64,000 nucleotides of DNA from the NCBI GenBank assembly GCA_964611205.1, contig CAZSZB010000001.1:123144-187143 (forward strand), given 5' to 3'. Source of the DNA: an uncultured Candidatus Saccharibacteria bacterium. GTDB taxonomy: Bacteria; Patescibacteriota; Minisyncoccia; Phycocordibacterales; UBA918. Of the stretch, positions 36,600 through 45,552 are shown one piece after another. How positions within the stretch are numbered: position 1 is the first letter of the stretch; the number at the start of each line of letters is the position of its first letter. The notes under the pieces are model-generated. The model was not told the origin of the DNA, made no database searches, and worked only from the letters and a program-made list of their open reading frames with translations. Both the position numbers and the translations under genes were made by a program.

Positions 36600-37262
36600 T
36601 TACCAAATAATTGGCTTTTGGTTATGTTCCTTTAAATAATTATTGGTTTTAGAGAAATGTTGACAGCCAAAAAAACCATTATAAGCAGACAGAGGGGAAG
36701 GGTGGGCGGCTTCTAAAACCAGGTGCTTCTGACGATCTATATTTTTCCCCTTAGCTTTTGCGTAGTTACCCCAAAGAAGAAAAACTATATGTTCTTTCTC
36801 TTCGGAAATTTTCTGGATAACAGCGTCAGTAAAGATTTCCCAGCCAATTTTTTGATGAGAACCAGCTTGACCTATACTTACCGTCAAAGTAGCGTTTAGA
36901 AGCAGGACACCTTGGCCGGCCCATTTTTCTAGGTTGCCATTATCAGGAATACTGATTCCTATATCGGACGCTATTTCTTTGTAAATATTCTTTAAAGAGG
37001 GAGGAATAGGTATGTCCTCAGGAACTGAAAAGGATAATCCGTGCGCCTGGCCAAGCCCATGATAAGGGTCTTGGCCTATTATGACCACCTTAACCTGAGA
37101 AAATGAACAGTGATTAAAAGCGTTGAAGACGAGCTCAGGCATGGGTGCGACGGATCCTTTTTTGTATAACTGGTCTAGTCTTTCATTAAGTTGGGAAAAA
37201 TACTCTTTTGCAAATTCCTCAGATAATATGTCTTTCCATTTAGAGTCAATTCGTAAATCCAT
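36600..37262 (-). CDS. ung: Uracil-DNA glycosylase (family 1)
   Basis: GQDPYHG and HPSPLSA motifs. Confidence 0.9.
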   Translation of the reverse strand: MDLRIDSKWKDILSEEFAKEYFSQLNERLDQLYKKGSVAPMPELVFNAFNHCSFSQVKVVIIGQDPYHGLGQAHGLSFSVPEDIPIPPSLKNIYKEIASDIGISIPDNGNLEKWAGQGVLLLNATLTVSIGQAGSHQKIGWEIFTDAVIQKISEEKEHIVFLLWGNYAKAKGKNIDRQKHLVLEAAHPSPLSAYNGFFGCQHFSKTNNYLKEHNQKPIIW

Positions 37263-37285
37263 ATTATGTTAGTATATAGGAAATT

Positions 37286-37972
37286 ATGATTATCATCGAC
37301 GTCGAAGCTTCTGGAACAGAGTACGAAAAGCATTCCATTGTTTCAATTGGAGCTTTCGATTTTGATAATCCTGATAATCGGTTTTATCAGGAATGTTACA
37401 TTTGGGAGATCGCTGACACACAAGATGGGTCAACTATTTCGTCAGAAGTAGTGTGTGAGCAGTGTGGAGCTAAGTGTCCAAAACATATACAGCCTCAGTC
37501 ACAGGCAAAAATCATGGATGGGGCTCTAGAGGTGAATGGTTTTACAAAAGAAGAGATTACAGATAAAAACAAGCTCAGTGAAGCTGAGCTTGTTGCAGAG
37601 TTCTTACTCTGGTCGGAGAGTGTTGAAGATAAAACCCTGTGCGGACAGAACCCGTCTTTTGACCGAGATTTTATCAAAGCAGCTTGTGCTCGAGCTCGCA
37701 TCAATTGGCCGTTAGCTTATCGTACCGTAGATACACACAGCTTGTGTTGGATGCATATGGTAAAAAGGGGTTATCAAATACCGATTGATAAAGAACAAAA
37801 GAGGTCTATGTTAAACCTAAACGCTTTATTAAATTATTGCGGTATTCCTAGGGAGCCAGATCCGCATAATGCCCTTACCGGCGCTCTTTGTCACGGTGAG
37901 GTGGCAGCCAGACTTTTGTATGATAAAAATCTTTTACCGGAATTTGCTGAGTTTAAAATTCCTTGGCTTTAA
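37286..37972 (+). CDS. DEDDh 3'-5' exonuclease (DnaQ-like) with an inserted Cys-rich Zn-ribbon-like segment
   Basis: Exo I (IIIDVEASG), Exo II (CGQNPSFD) and Exo III (H...D near the C-terminus) motifs are present. A CEQCGAKCPKH insert is also present. Confidence 0.7.
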   Translation: MIIIDVEASGTEYEKHSIVSIGAFDFDNPDNRFYQECYIWEIADTQDGSTISSEVVCEQCGAKCPKHIQPQSQAKIMDGALEVNGFTKEEITDKNKLSEAELVAEFLLWSESVEDKTLCGQNPSFDRDFIKAACARARINWPLAYRTVDTHSLCWMHMVKRGYQIPIDKEQKRSMLNLNALLNYCGIPREPDPHNALTGALCHGEVAARLLYDKNLLPEFAEFKIPWL

Positions 37973-38016
37973 TTTAAAGTTGTGTTCACACTACTATAAT
38001 TATACGTTTTGGATGC

Positions 38017-38748
38017 ATGCTAAAATGGTCACATATGCCTCTAATAAAACGTAAAAAGAAAGAAGAAAAGAAAGTAGAAAATTGTCGAGTTATCACAGAT
38101 TTACTTGATGCAAACGGAGATGCCATAGAATCATGGCGCGTTTTCAGAATAATGTCTGAGTTCGTTCAAGGATTTGAGTTATTACGAAAATACAGTCTGG
38201 CTGTCTCAGTTTTTGGTAGTGCTCGATTTACTCCTTCTGATCCTTGGTATAAAGAAGCAGAGAAATTGACAGCCAAGTTAGCAAAGAAAGGCTTTACGGT
38301 TATAACTGGTGGGGGACCTGGAATTATGGAGGCGGCTAATGTGGGAGGTTTTAAGATGGGAGGTAAGTCAGTTGGATTAAATATAGATTTACCGGCTGAA
38401 CAAAAATTCAATCCCTATGTTACAGAATCAGAACATTTTGATTTTTTCTTTTCTCGCAAGGTCATGTTGAGCTATGCTTCTGAAGTTTACGTTTATTTTC
38501 CTGGCGGATTTGGCACACTAGATGAGTTTTTTGAACTAATTACTCTGATCCAGACGGAGAAAATAGAAAAAATCCCAATCGTTTGTGTAGGGAAAGATTT
38601 TTGGAATCCATTGATGAATTTTATGGAGAAAGAAATGTTGGCAAAATACAAGACAATAAGCAAAGAAGATTTAGATATCATCCACTTAGTCGAAGATGCA
38701 GATGAGGCTTACAAATATATTATTAAAGAGTTAAAAAATAAGTGCTAG
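38017..38748 (+). CDS. LOG-family nucleotide 5'-monophosphate phosphoribohydrolase (TIGR00730-like)
   Basis: TGGGPGIMEAAN and PGGFGTLDE motifs. Confidence 0.85.
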   Translation: MLKWSHMPLIKRKKKEEKKVENCRVITDLLDANGDAIESWRVFRIMSEFVQGFELLRKYSLAVSVFGSARFTPSDPWYKEAEKLTAKLAKKGFTVITGGGPGIMEAANVGGFKMGGKSVGLNIDLPAEQKFNPYVTESEHFDFFFSRKVMLSYASEVYVYFPGGFGTLDEFFELITLIQTEKIEKIPIVCVGKDFWNPLMNFMEKEMLAKYKTISKEDLDIIHLVEDADEAYKYIIKELKNKC

Positions 38749-38767
38749 AGTTAGATGAACATACGAT

Positions 38768-39703
38768 ATGTCTGATTATCTAAAACAACTTCAAACTTTT
38801 GATATAAACTCTTTGCCCGACTTAGATGAGGTTGTTTTAGGTGCTTTAGATTTATTTAGTAGTATCAATGTACCGCAAATAAATTTTCAACATTGGCAAA
38901 AGTCTTTAGTTCTAGGAAGTGTAAATGCTTATCAAGCAGCTCGAATTATTTTCAGTAATAAGCCAGCTTATTTTGGTAATGAATCTAATTATCAATCACT
39001 TTTAGAACATCCAGGAAATTATAATTCCGTGGTTATTTTAAGCGCTTCTGGGGGTAAACACGCAGTTGAGATGTCAGAATTAGCTCAGAAAAGTAATCTG
39101 GATACTTATTTGATAACTAGTAAACAGGATTCTTTAGCTGGAGAATATATACCTTTAGAAAAACAAATTATTTTTCCGACTAATCGAGAACCATACACTT
39201 ATAATGTTTCTACTTATTTGGGACCAATTTTAGCGTCTACAGGGGAGTTTCCAGCTGCACTAAAGGATTTTTTAGAGACTGATCTTAACGATAATCTAAA
39301 TGTTGATTTCAGCAATTACACAGCCTTTACTCTAATAGTCCCAGCTCGCTTTGCATATGTGGTGGCGATGTTAAGAACCAAATTTGAAGAATTATTTGGA
39401 CCAATGGTAGTGGGCAGAGTTTTTTCAGAAGAGGAAATAAAGCACGCCAAAACAGTTGTAAAATCGAAAAAAGAATTATTTATTCATCTCGGGACAAGTA
39501 AACAGGATTACGGCTACTCTGAAAATAATTTATATTTACCATTACCAGAAACAATTGAGTACGCAGGCATGATTGCCGTTGGTTATTATGTTATTGGTAA
39601 AATACAAAAAGCTTTACCAGCTTACTTCAAGGATTCAATAGTTGCTTACACTAAAGAAGTTTCAGACATTTTTAAACAAGAAATAAAACCAATCGTTGAA
39701 TAA
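38768..39703 (+). CDS. Hypothetical protein, possibly SIS-like sugar-phosphate binding
   Basis: A weak SIS-like segment (VVILSASGGKHAVEM) lies adjacent to a ROK kinase. Confidence 0.45.
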   Translation: MSDYLKQLQTFDINSLPDLDEVVLGALDLFSSINVPQINFQHWQKSLVLGSVNAYQAARIIFSNKPAYFGNESNYQSLLEHPGNYNSVVILSASGGKHAVEMSELAQKSNLDTYLITSKQDSLAGEYIPLEKQIIFPTNREPYTYNVSTYLGPILASTGEFPAALKDFLETDLNDNLNVDFSNYTAFTLIVPARFAYVVAMLRTKFEELFGPMVVGRVFSEEEIKHAKTVVKSKKELFIHLGTSKQDYGYSENNLYLPLPETIEYAGMIAVGYYVIGKIQKALPAYFKDSIVAYTKEVSDIFKQEIKPIVE

Positions 39704-39707
39704 GAAC

Positions 39708-40547
39708 ATGAGTTACATACTTTTTGATATCGGAGGGACTAATACCAGAGTGGCTGTAAGTGAAGACTTGCGTAGCTTTGGTGAAGTAATAAAGTTTAAA
39801 ACTCCAGAGACCTTTGTTGAAGGTATAGAAAAAATTGTCCAAGCCGTGAATGATATTACTGACAATGAGATACGAGGTATGGCAGGAGGTATAAGGGGTG
39901 TCTTAAATGAAGACAGGACAATGATGATTAAGGACGAAAAATTATCAGATTGGCAAGAAAAACCCTTAGTAGAGACTCTTAAGAAAAAATTCAAGTCAAA
40001 TGTTTACTTAGAAAATGATTCGGCCGTAGTTGGATTAGGGGAGTCACATTATGGAGCTGGTAAAGGGCATGAGATTGTTGTTTATCATACTGTTAGTACC
40101 GGCGTTGGTGGAGTGAAAATAGAGAATGGCCAGATTGATAGTTATGCTGAAGGATTTGAACCAGGACATCAGATTTTGGATATTGACCATACTATTTTAG
40201 GGGATGATATAGAGCCGACCTTAGAAAATTTAGTTTCCGGAACTGCGGTAGAAGAGAGGATGGGTAGTAAGCCGTACGAAATAGATCAAAAAGATGCTAT
40301 CTGGGATCAGTTGGCCTACTACTTGGCTCATGGGCTTAGAAATACAATTTTGTATTGGTCCCCAGATATTATTGTTTTAGGTGGTTCGATGATCATAGGA
40401 GATCCGCGGATTATGCTTGATGATATTATTAAACATACGAACGAAGTGTTGGAAGATGTGATGACTTGTCCGCTTATTGTTGATGCCAAACTAGGAGACG
40501 AAGGAGGTTTGTATGGTGCAATGGCGCTTTTGCAGCAAAGAATCTAA
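39708..40547 (+). CDS. ROK-family sugar kinase (glucokinase-like)
   Basis: MSYILFDIGGTNTRVAV ATP-binding N-terminus and the ROK core. Confidence 0.8.
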   Translation: MSYILFDIGGTNTRVAVSEDLRSFGEVIKFKTPETFVEGIEKIVQAVNDITDNEIRGMAGGIRGVLNEDRTMMIKDEKLSDWQEKPLVETLKKKFKSNVYLENDSAVVGLGESHYGAGKGHEIVVYHTVSTGVGGVKIENGQIDSYAEGFEPGHQILDIDHTILGDDIEPTLENLVSGTAVEERMGSKPYEIDQKDAIWDQLAYYLAHGLRNTILYWSPDIIVLGGSMIIGDPRIMLDDIIKHTNEVLEDVMTCPLIVDAKLGDEGGLYGAMALLQQRI

Positions 40548-40639
40548 TCGCTTTGAGTAGCTCTCTAATAAAACAGCTCTTAACCAGGGCTGTTTTATAT
40601 TGTACAATTACTTAAGTTATAAATTCTAATATAAATATT

Positions 40640-41410
40640 ATGTGGTGGATTATTCCAATTGTGATAGTGGTAGTGCTTTCATTCCTGCGTGAAGTGAAGC
40701 ATTATGAAAGAGGAGTGGTGTTGACGATGGGAAAATTTACTGGAGTACGTTCTCCAGGCTGGAGCATCATTGTTCCAGTTTTTCAGCGTATGACCAAGGT
40801 AGATTTAAGAGTTAAAGCAGTAGATGTGCCGGACCAAAAAGTAATCACCAAAGACAATGTGTCGGCAAGTATAAATGCGGTCATTTACTACAAGGTTTCT
40901 GATGCAGCTAAAGCAATTCTTGAGGTAGAGGATTTCTATCATGCTGTCTCACAGTTAGCCCAGACTACAATGAGGAATATAGTAGGAGGGGCTGAGCTCG
41001 ATGAGGTTTTATCGCAAAGAGATGAATTGTCTGCCCGGATTCAATCTATAGTCGACAAAGAAACCGATGAATGGGGAATTACTGTGGAAAATGTTGAATT
41101 AAAGGATTTCTTTTTACCTGAAGATATGGAACGCACTATCGGTAAACAAGCAGAGGCAGAGCGTGAACGACGTTCAGTGATCATTAAAGCGGAAGGGGAA
41201 GTGGCGGCAGCTGAAAACATGGCTAAGGCAGCAAAAATGCTATCAGAATCTAATGGAGCCTTGCATCTGCGTACCTTACAAAGTCTGAACGATTTATCTT
41301 CAGACCAATCAAACACCGTGGTTTTTGCTGTTCCTATTGAGGTTTTAAGAGCTGTAGAGGGGGCTAATGACTGGATTCGGTCTGTAACTAGCCCAACCGA
41401 TCAAAAATAG
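40640..41410 (+). CDS. SPFH/band-7 (stomatin/HflK-like) membrane protein
   Basis: N-terminal TM, SPFH domain and a C-terminal coiled coil. Confidence 0.85.
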   Translation: MWWIIPIVIVVVLSFLREVKHYERGVVLTMGKFTGVRSPGWSIIVPVFQRMTKVDLRVKAVDVPDQKVITKDNVSASINAVIYYKVSDAAKAILEVEDFYHAVSQLAQTTMRNIVGGAELDEVLSQRDELSARIQSIVDKETDEWGITVENVELKDFFLPEDMERTIGKQAEAERERRSVIIKAEGEVAAAENMAKAAKMLSESNGALHLRTLQSLNDLSSDQSNTVVFAVPIEVLRAVEGANDWIRSVTSPTDQK

Positions 41411-41592
41411 CTTTAAACTCGAAAAACAGTAGTTTTATCTTAAAAATTACCCTATGTATTGACATAGTTACTAAACTGTGTTATTATAATAGAAATCCGA
41501 TAATCATGTTATGATTTTCCGGTTGTCTGGTTCGCCAGACATTTGTTAGATAAGACCTTTGGCTTATTATATCCACTGTAATAGCAGCTGCC

Positions 41593-41994
41593 ATGGCCCT
41601 TTCAGGACTTAACTCAGTAGAAGTTACTGACACATCCTATGGGCAAATTGTAACAGTAGCGACTAATCTGAGTGAAGAAAATGCTTCTACTGAAGAAATT
41701 GTTCGACAGTATTTCTCAGATATTCCGGTGATGATTCAAGTTGCTCGTTGTGAGTCTCACTTTAGACACACACTAGCAGACGGAACCGTTCTACGGGGAG
41801 TAGTTGATAATCGAGATCTTGGGGTAATGCAAATCAACACCTATTATCATGGTGAGCAAGCGAAAAACCTCGAACTTAATCTTGAAAATATTTACGATAA
41901 CATGGCCTATGCTCGTGACTTATATGAGCGACAGGGTACTCAGCCATGGAGTGCATCGGCCCCATGTTGGAGTCGTACACTTGCATCGCTATAA
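41593..41994 (+). CDS. Lysozyme-like (SLT/GH23-type transglycosylase motif) small protein, with no signal peptide, in a GC-rich islet
   Basis: ARCESHF...DLGVMQIN...YARDLY matches the ES...GLMQ...Y pattern of lytic transglycosylases. There is no SD and no signal peptide. The start is uncertain. Confidence 0.45.
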   Translation: MALSGLNSVEVTDTSYGQIVTVATNLSEENASTEEIVRQYFSDIPVMIQVARCESHFRHTLADGTVLRGVVDNRDLGVMQINTYYHGEQAKNLELNLENIYDNMAYARDLYERQGTQPWSASAPCWSRTLASL

Positions 41995-42045
41995 CATTCT
42001 CCTGTTGAATGCCTAATATTGCAAAATATTGAGTTGAGACAAATA

Positions 42046-42080
42046 ACAAAAAACACTGCTTCCAAGAAGCGGTGTTTTTT
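42046..42080. terminator. Bidirectional terminator
   Basis: AAAAAACACTGCTTC-CAAG-AAGCGGTGTTTTTTGTT. Confidence 0.6.
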
Positions 42081-42089
42081 GTTATCTAG

Positions 42090-42497
42090 TTATCTAAGAA
42101 AGGGAAGCATAAAGAGCAGTCCGCCAGTAATAGCGAGGTTCTTAAGAAGCATTATTTGCGCAGTTGGATCGGTAGCCCACTGGTTTGGATTGTTAAATAT
42201 AAGAGTGGTCAGAATCATATAAATTATTAAGACGATCACCGCAATTTTAGTGTGGTAACCAGAGATTAAAGCTGCTCCTGCTAAAGTTATTAATAATCCA
42301 GAGATTAAAGCTGCAGCAGCAGGGTAGGGTATATCTAATAAAATCATATAGTCTGTCATTTCACCCAGATTCATTAACTTGATAGTTCCAAGGATAAGAA
42401 AAAGTACACCCATCAATATTCTTCCACTGGCTATAAAATAAAATTTATACTTTTCAATTATTTTAGAAATTATATGGTGACGACTTAAAGAGCTCAT
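42090..42497 (-). CDS. DoxX-family membrane protein
   Basis: 4 TM helices with the DoxX pattern. Confidence 0.8.
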   Translation of the reverse strand: MSSLSRHHIISKIIEKYKFYFIASGRILMGVLFLILGTIKLMNLGEMTDYMILLDIPYPAAAALISGLLITLAGAALISGYHTKIAVIVLIIYMILTTLIFNNPNQWATDPTAQIMLLKNLAITGGLLFMLPFLR

Positions 42498-42546
42498 AAA
42501 TAGCAGTTATTTAAATATATAATATAATCTATATTATACTGTATCT

Positions 42547-43032
42547 ATGAAAGCTGTTTTAGGATTAAAGTCATTTTGGTTGATGAAAAGTGAACCGAGT
42601 TGTTATTCTATCGATGACCTCAAAAATGACAAAAAAGAAATGTGGGATGGGGTGCGGAATTATCAGGTACGAAATATGATGAGGGATGATATGAAAAAAG
42701 GGGATAGAGCATTCTTTTATCACTCTAACGCTGGCAACGAAACTGGTATAGTTGGAGAGATGGAAGTAGTTAGTAAAGCTTATCCAGATCCAACTCAATT
42801 CGATAAAAAGAATGAACATTTCGATCCCAAGAGTGAAAAAGATAATCCTCGCTGGTCATGTGTTGATGTTAAATTTATTAAGAAGTTTCCAGCGGTTATT
42901 AGATTGTCGGAATTAAAACTAGATCCAAAGCTGAGCGGTATGCCAGTCTTGAAAAAGGGCAACCGTTTATCAGTGATGCCGATTTCAAAAAAACATTACG
43001 AATACATAATAGAATTGTCTAAAGAAAAATAG
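42547..43032 (+). CDS. EVE (PUA-like) domain protein
   Basis: FWLMKSEP...WDGVRNYQVRN...FFYHSN is the canonical EVE signature. Confidence 0.8.
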   Translation: MKAVLGLKSFWLMKSEPSCYSIDDLKNDKKEMWDGVRNYQVRNMMRDDMKKGDRAFFYHSNAGNETGIVGEMEVVSKAYPDPTQFDKKNEHFDPKSEKDNPRWSCVDVKFIKKFPAVIRLSELKLDPKLSGMPVLKKGNRLSVMPISKKHYEYIIELSKEK

Positions 43033-43035
43033 AAT

Positions 43036-44250
43036 ATGGAATCTCTTACTTCAGTACTGAAAAGATTGTCAGTTAAAAATATTACGTACAAGGAAGGTTT
43101 TGTACAGTTATTCATTTCAAAAAGGCTTATCCAAGGGCTTGCTGCTGCAATGTTCGCTTTGTTTGTACCGATCTTTATTTACGAGACAAGTGGTCATGAA
43201 TTCTGGGTAGTGGGTTTATTCTATGCTTTTCTAAGTTTTTTATACGCAGGGCTGTTAGTGCCTGGCATGGAATTGACTAACAGAATAGGTTTCAGTAAAG
43301 CGTTAGCTTTGAGCGCTGTTTTTGCAGTTGGGCAGTATTTTACACTGTATTTTATGAATGCTGAGAATATCTGGATGCTGCTCTTAATCTTAGCAGTATT
43401 CACTACTGGTTTTCGTATTTTTCACTGGGTGCCTTACCAGGTTGATTTTACTTCATTTACCGATACCCATACACGAGGGCGTGATGTCTCGTTGATGTTT
43501 GCCACGATAGCATTTATGGGTGTGATTGGTCCGCTTTTAGCTGCTTTTATAATTACTAAAGCTGGTTATCAGATGCTGTTTATAGTCGGGATGATTTTGT
43601 TATGTATGGCTGCTTTCTCATATTTATTTGTGCCAGCCGTAGAACAAGAGTTTACTTGGACTTACAAAGAAACTATAACTCACTTATTCTCTAAGAAATA
43701 TCGAAATGTGATGGTGGGGGAGATGGCCAATGGGGCTGAGTTAGTTGTGACCTTGATAGCCTGGCCTATTTTCTTGTACGAAATAGTAAACGGTAATTTA
43801 TTGGAGATTGGTTTATTATCGACAGTGATTGTGGGGGTAACAATAGTTATACAGTTGTTGGTTGGTAAACATCTAGACAAAGAGGGCGCTAACAAAATTA
43901 GTACGCTAAGAAAGGGAAGTGTACTTTATGCAGCCGGTTGGATTTTTAAAATGTTTGTTCTCTCTGCCACTCAAATATTTTTTGTTGGTCTATATCACAA
44001 CATCACAAAGATTTTCATCAAGACCCCGTACAGTGCGATTTTGTATGACATGAGTGCAGAGCAAGGACAGTATATAGATGAATTTACAGTGTTACGAGAA
44101 ATATCCGGTCATGTAGCCAGAGCATTCGCTTTGCTGCTGATGGTACTACTGACTCTTTATTTGTCGATTGAGTGGACGTTTATCATTGGAATTATAGCTT
44201 CTTTAACTATAAATTTAGTTTATTACACTAATGTGAAAACTGAAGGGTAA
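43036..44250 (+). CDS. Multi-TM transporter (MFS-like)
   Basis: It has ~12 predicted TM helices. The family is not certain. Confidence 0.6.
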   Translation: MESLTSVLKRLSVKNITYKEGFVQLFISKRLIQGLAAAMFALFVPIFIYETSGHEFWVVGLFYAFLSFLYAGLLVPGMELTNRIGFSKALALSAVFAVGQYFTLYFMNAENIWMLLLILAVFTTGFRIFHWVPYQVDFTSFTDTHTRGRDVSLMFATIAFMGVIGPLLAAFIITKAGYQMLFIVGMILLCMAAFSYLFVPAVEQEFTWTYKETITHLFSKKYRNVMVGEMANGAELVVTLIAWPIFLYEIVNGNLLEIGLLSTVIVGVTIVIQLLVGKHLDKEGANKISTLRKGSVLYAAGWIFKMFVLSATQIFFVGLYHNITKIFIKTPYSAILYDMSAEQGQYIDEFTVLREISGHVARAFALLLMVLLTLYLSIEWTFIIGIIASLTINLVYYTNVKTEG

Positions 44251-44254
44251 GTGA

Positions 44255-45247
44255 TCATTCATCCGTTTTTTCTTTATTGTTACTGTCCTTACTTCCACTG
44301 TGGAATTTTTGATGAATGTCTCGTAAACGTTTGTTTGTAACGTGAGTATAGATTTGGGTAGTAGCAACGTTTTGGTGCCCTAACAGCTCTTGTACGCTAC
44401 GTAAGTCAGCTCCATGATCTAGAAGATCTGTTGCATAGGTGTGACGCAATGTGTGGGGAGTAACCTTCTTTGATAGACCAGCCATGATGGCCGAACGAGA
44501 AATCATTTTCTGAATCGAACGAGGTGTCAAACGATTATCTTCCGCGTCTCGTGATCGATAATTTATAAACAAAGGTTTATCAACATCACGACGTGATTCT
44601 AAGTATTTTCTAAGCCATTTAGCAGCTCGGGGAGAAATAAAAATAGTCCTAATGTGCTTACCTTTACCAACTATTGAAAGCTCGTAAGTTCGTTTAAGGT
44701 CTTTGTCCTTGAGCATTGTAAACTGATCGGCATCTAATGCTGTTAATTCTGAAATACGCATGCCTGAAGAGAAAAATAGTTCCATAATGGCCCGGTCACG
44801 TATCCCAGACGGTTTTTTGATGTCAGGAATTTTCAACATAGCTTCTATGTCGTGTACATCTAGAAAAGAAATCGTCTCTTCACTTTTTTGTTTAGCTAAT
44901 TTTATTTTGGAGGAGGGGAGAGACTCAATATCTCGTTCTGCTAGATAGTTTAATAAAGCTCGTAATGCTATTAGATAGTAATTTTGTGATTTTTTGGAAA
45001 GATACTCTCCGCGGGGGGTTTTGTATTTACGTGCTATAAAAAGACGATAGTCCCAAACATGTTCGGCTGTAAGTTCGTGTGGCTTTAGGTTTGGTTTCTT
45101 GATTTCATTTAACCACTTCACAAACAGATTAAGATACTGCTGATAGTTTCTTTGGGTGTTACTAGAAAGTCCCTTTTCGATTTCACAGTAATCTAGAAAA
45201 GGTAAAATGTGATCGACAATTGATTCGTTGCTTTTGCGGAGGGCCAT
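44255..45247 (-). CDS. xerC: Tyrosine site-specific recombinase (XerC/XerD-like)
   Basis: N-terminal SAM-like core-binding domain. Catalytic R...HxxR...Y motifs (HTLRHTYAT, LGHQNVATTQIYTHV) are present. Confidence 0.85.
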   Translation of the reverse strand: MALRKSNESIVDHILPFLDYCEIEKGLSSNTQRNYQQYLNLFVKWLNEIKKPNLKPHELTAEHVWDYRLFIARKYKTPRGEYLSKKSQNYYLIALRALLNYLAERDIESLPSSKIKLAKQKSEETISFLDVHDIEAMLKIPDIKKPSGIRDRAIMELFFSSGMRISELTALDADQFTMLKDKDLKRTYELSIVGKGKHIRTIFISPRAAKWLRKYLESRRDVDKPLFINYRSRDAEDNRLTPRSIQKMISRSAIMAGLSKKVTPHTLRHTYATDLLDHGADLRSVQELLGHQNVATTQIYTHVTNKRLRDIHQKFHSGSKDSNNKEKTDE

Positions 45248-45302
45248 AGTATATTGATTTTAGTGTTCTTTAATTTTAACCCATAGGAAGGGAGGGGAGT
45301 AG

Positions 45303-45506
45303 ATGTCTAAAACGACTCACAAAGGAAGATGTCCAAACAATCCGGTTGGTCTGCCAGACCCCAAGTGGTCTAAGCGGGTCATCAGCAAAGACCAGGGTCT
45401 GGACGCCCTGACGCTGCAAAACGAAGCAGACCAAGCAGGGTATGAACTGTGGCGACGGTTCATCTGGTACCTGGCAAGCATAGCTCGCGGTAGCGGCTTG
45501 CAGTGA
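45303..45506 (+). CDS. Hypothetical small protein (67 aa) in a GC-rich islet
   Basis: SD GGGAGGGGAG 4 nt before the ATG, with a hairpin terminator right after the stop. The overlapping minus-strand ORFs are rejected. Confidence 0.45.
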   Translation: MSKTTHKGRCPNNPVGLPDPKWSKRVISKDQGLDALTLQNEADQAGYELWRRFIWYLASIARGSGLQ

Positions 45507-45515
45507 GACCGTAGA

Positions 45516-45544
45516 GTAGGGGCTTTTCCAGCCCCTACTTTCAA
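45516..45544 (+). terminator. Rho-independent terminator (GTAGGGGCT-TTTCC-AGCCCCTAC + TTTC)
   Basis: 9-bp stem followed by a T-rich tract. Confidence 0.6.
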
Positions 45545-45552
45545 TAGTATAT

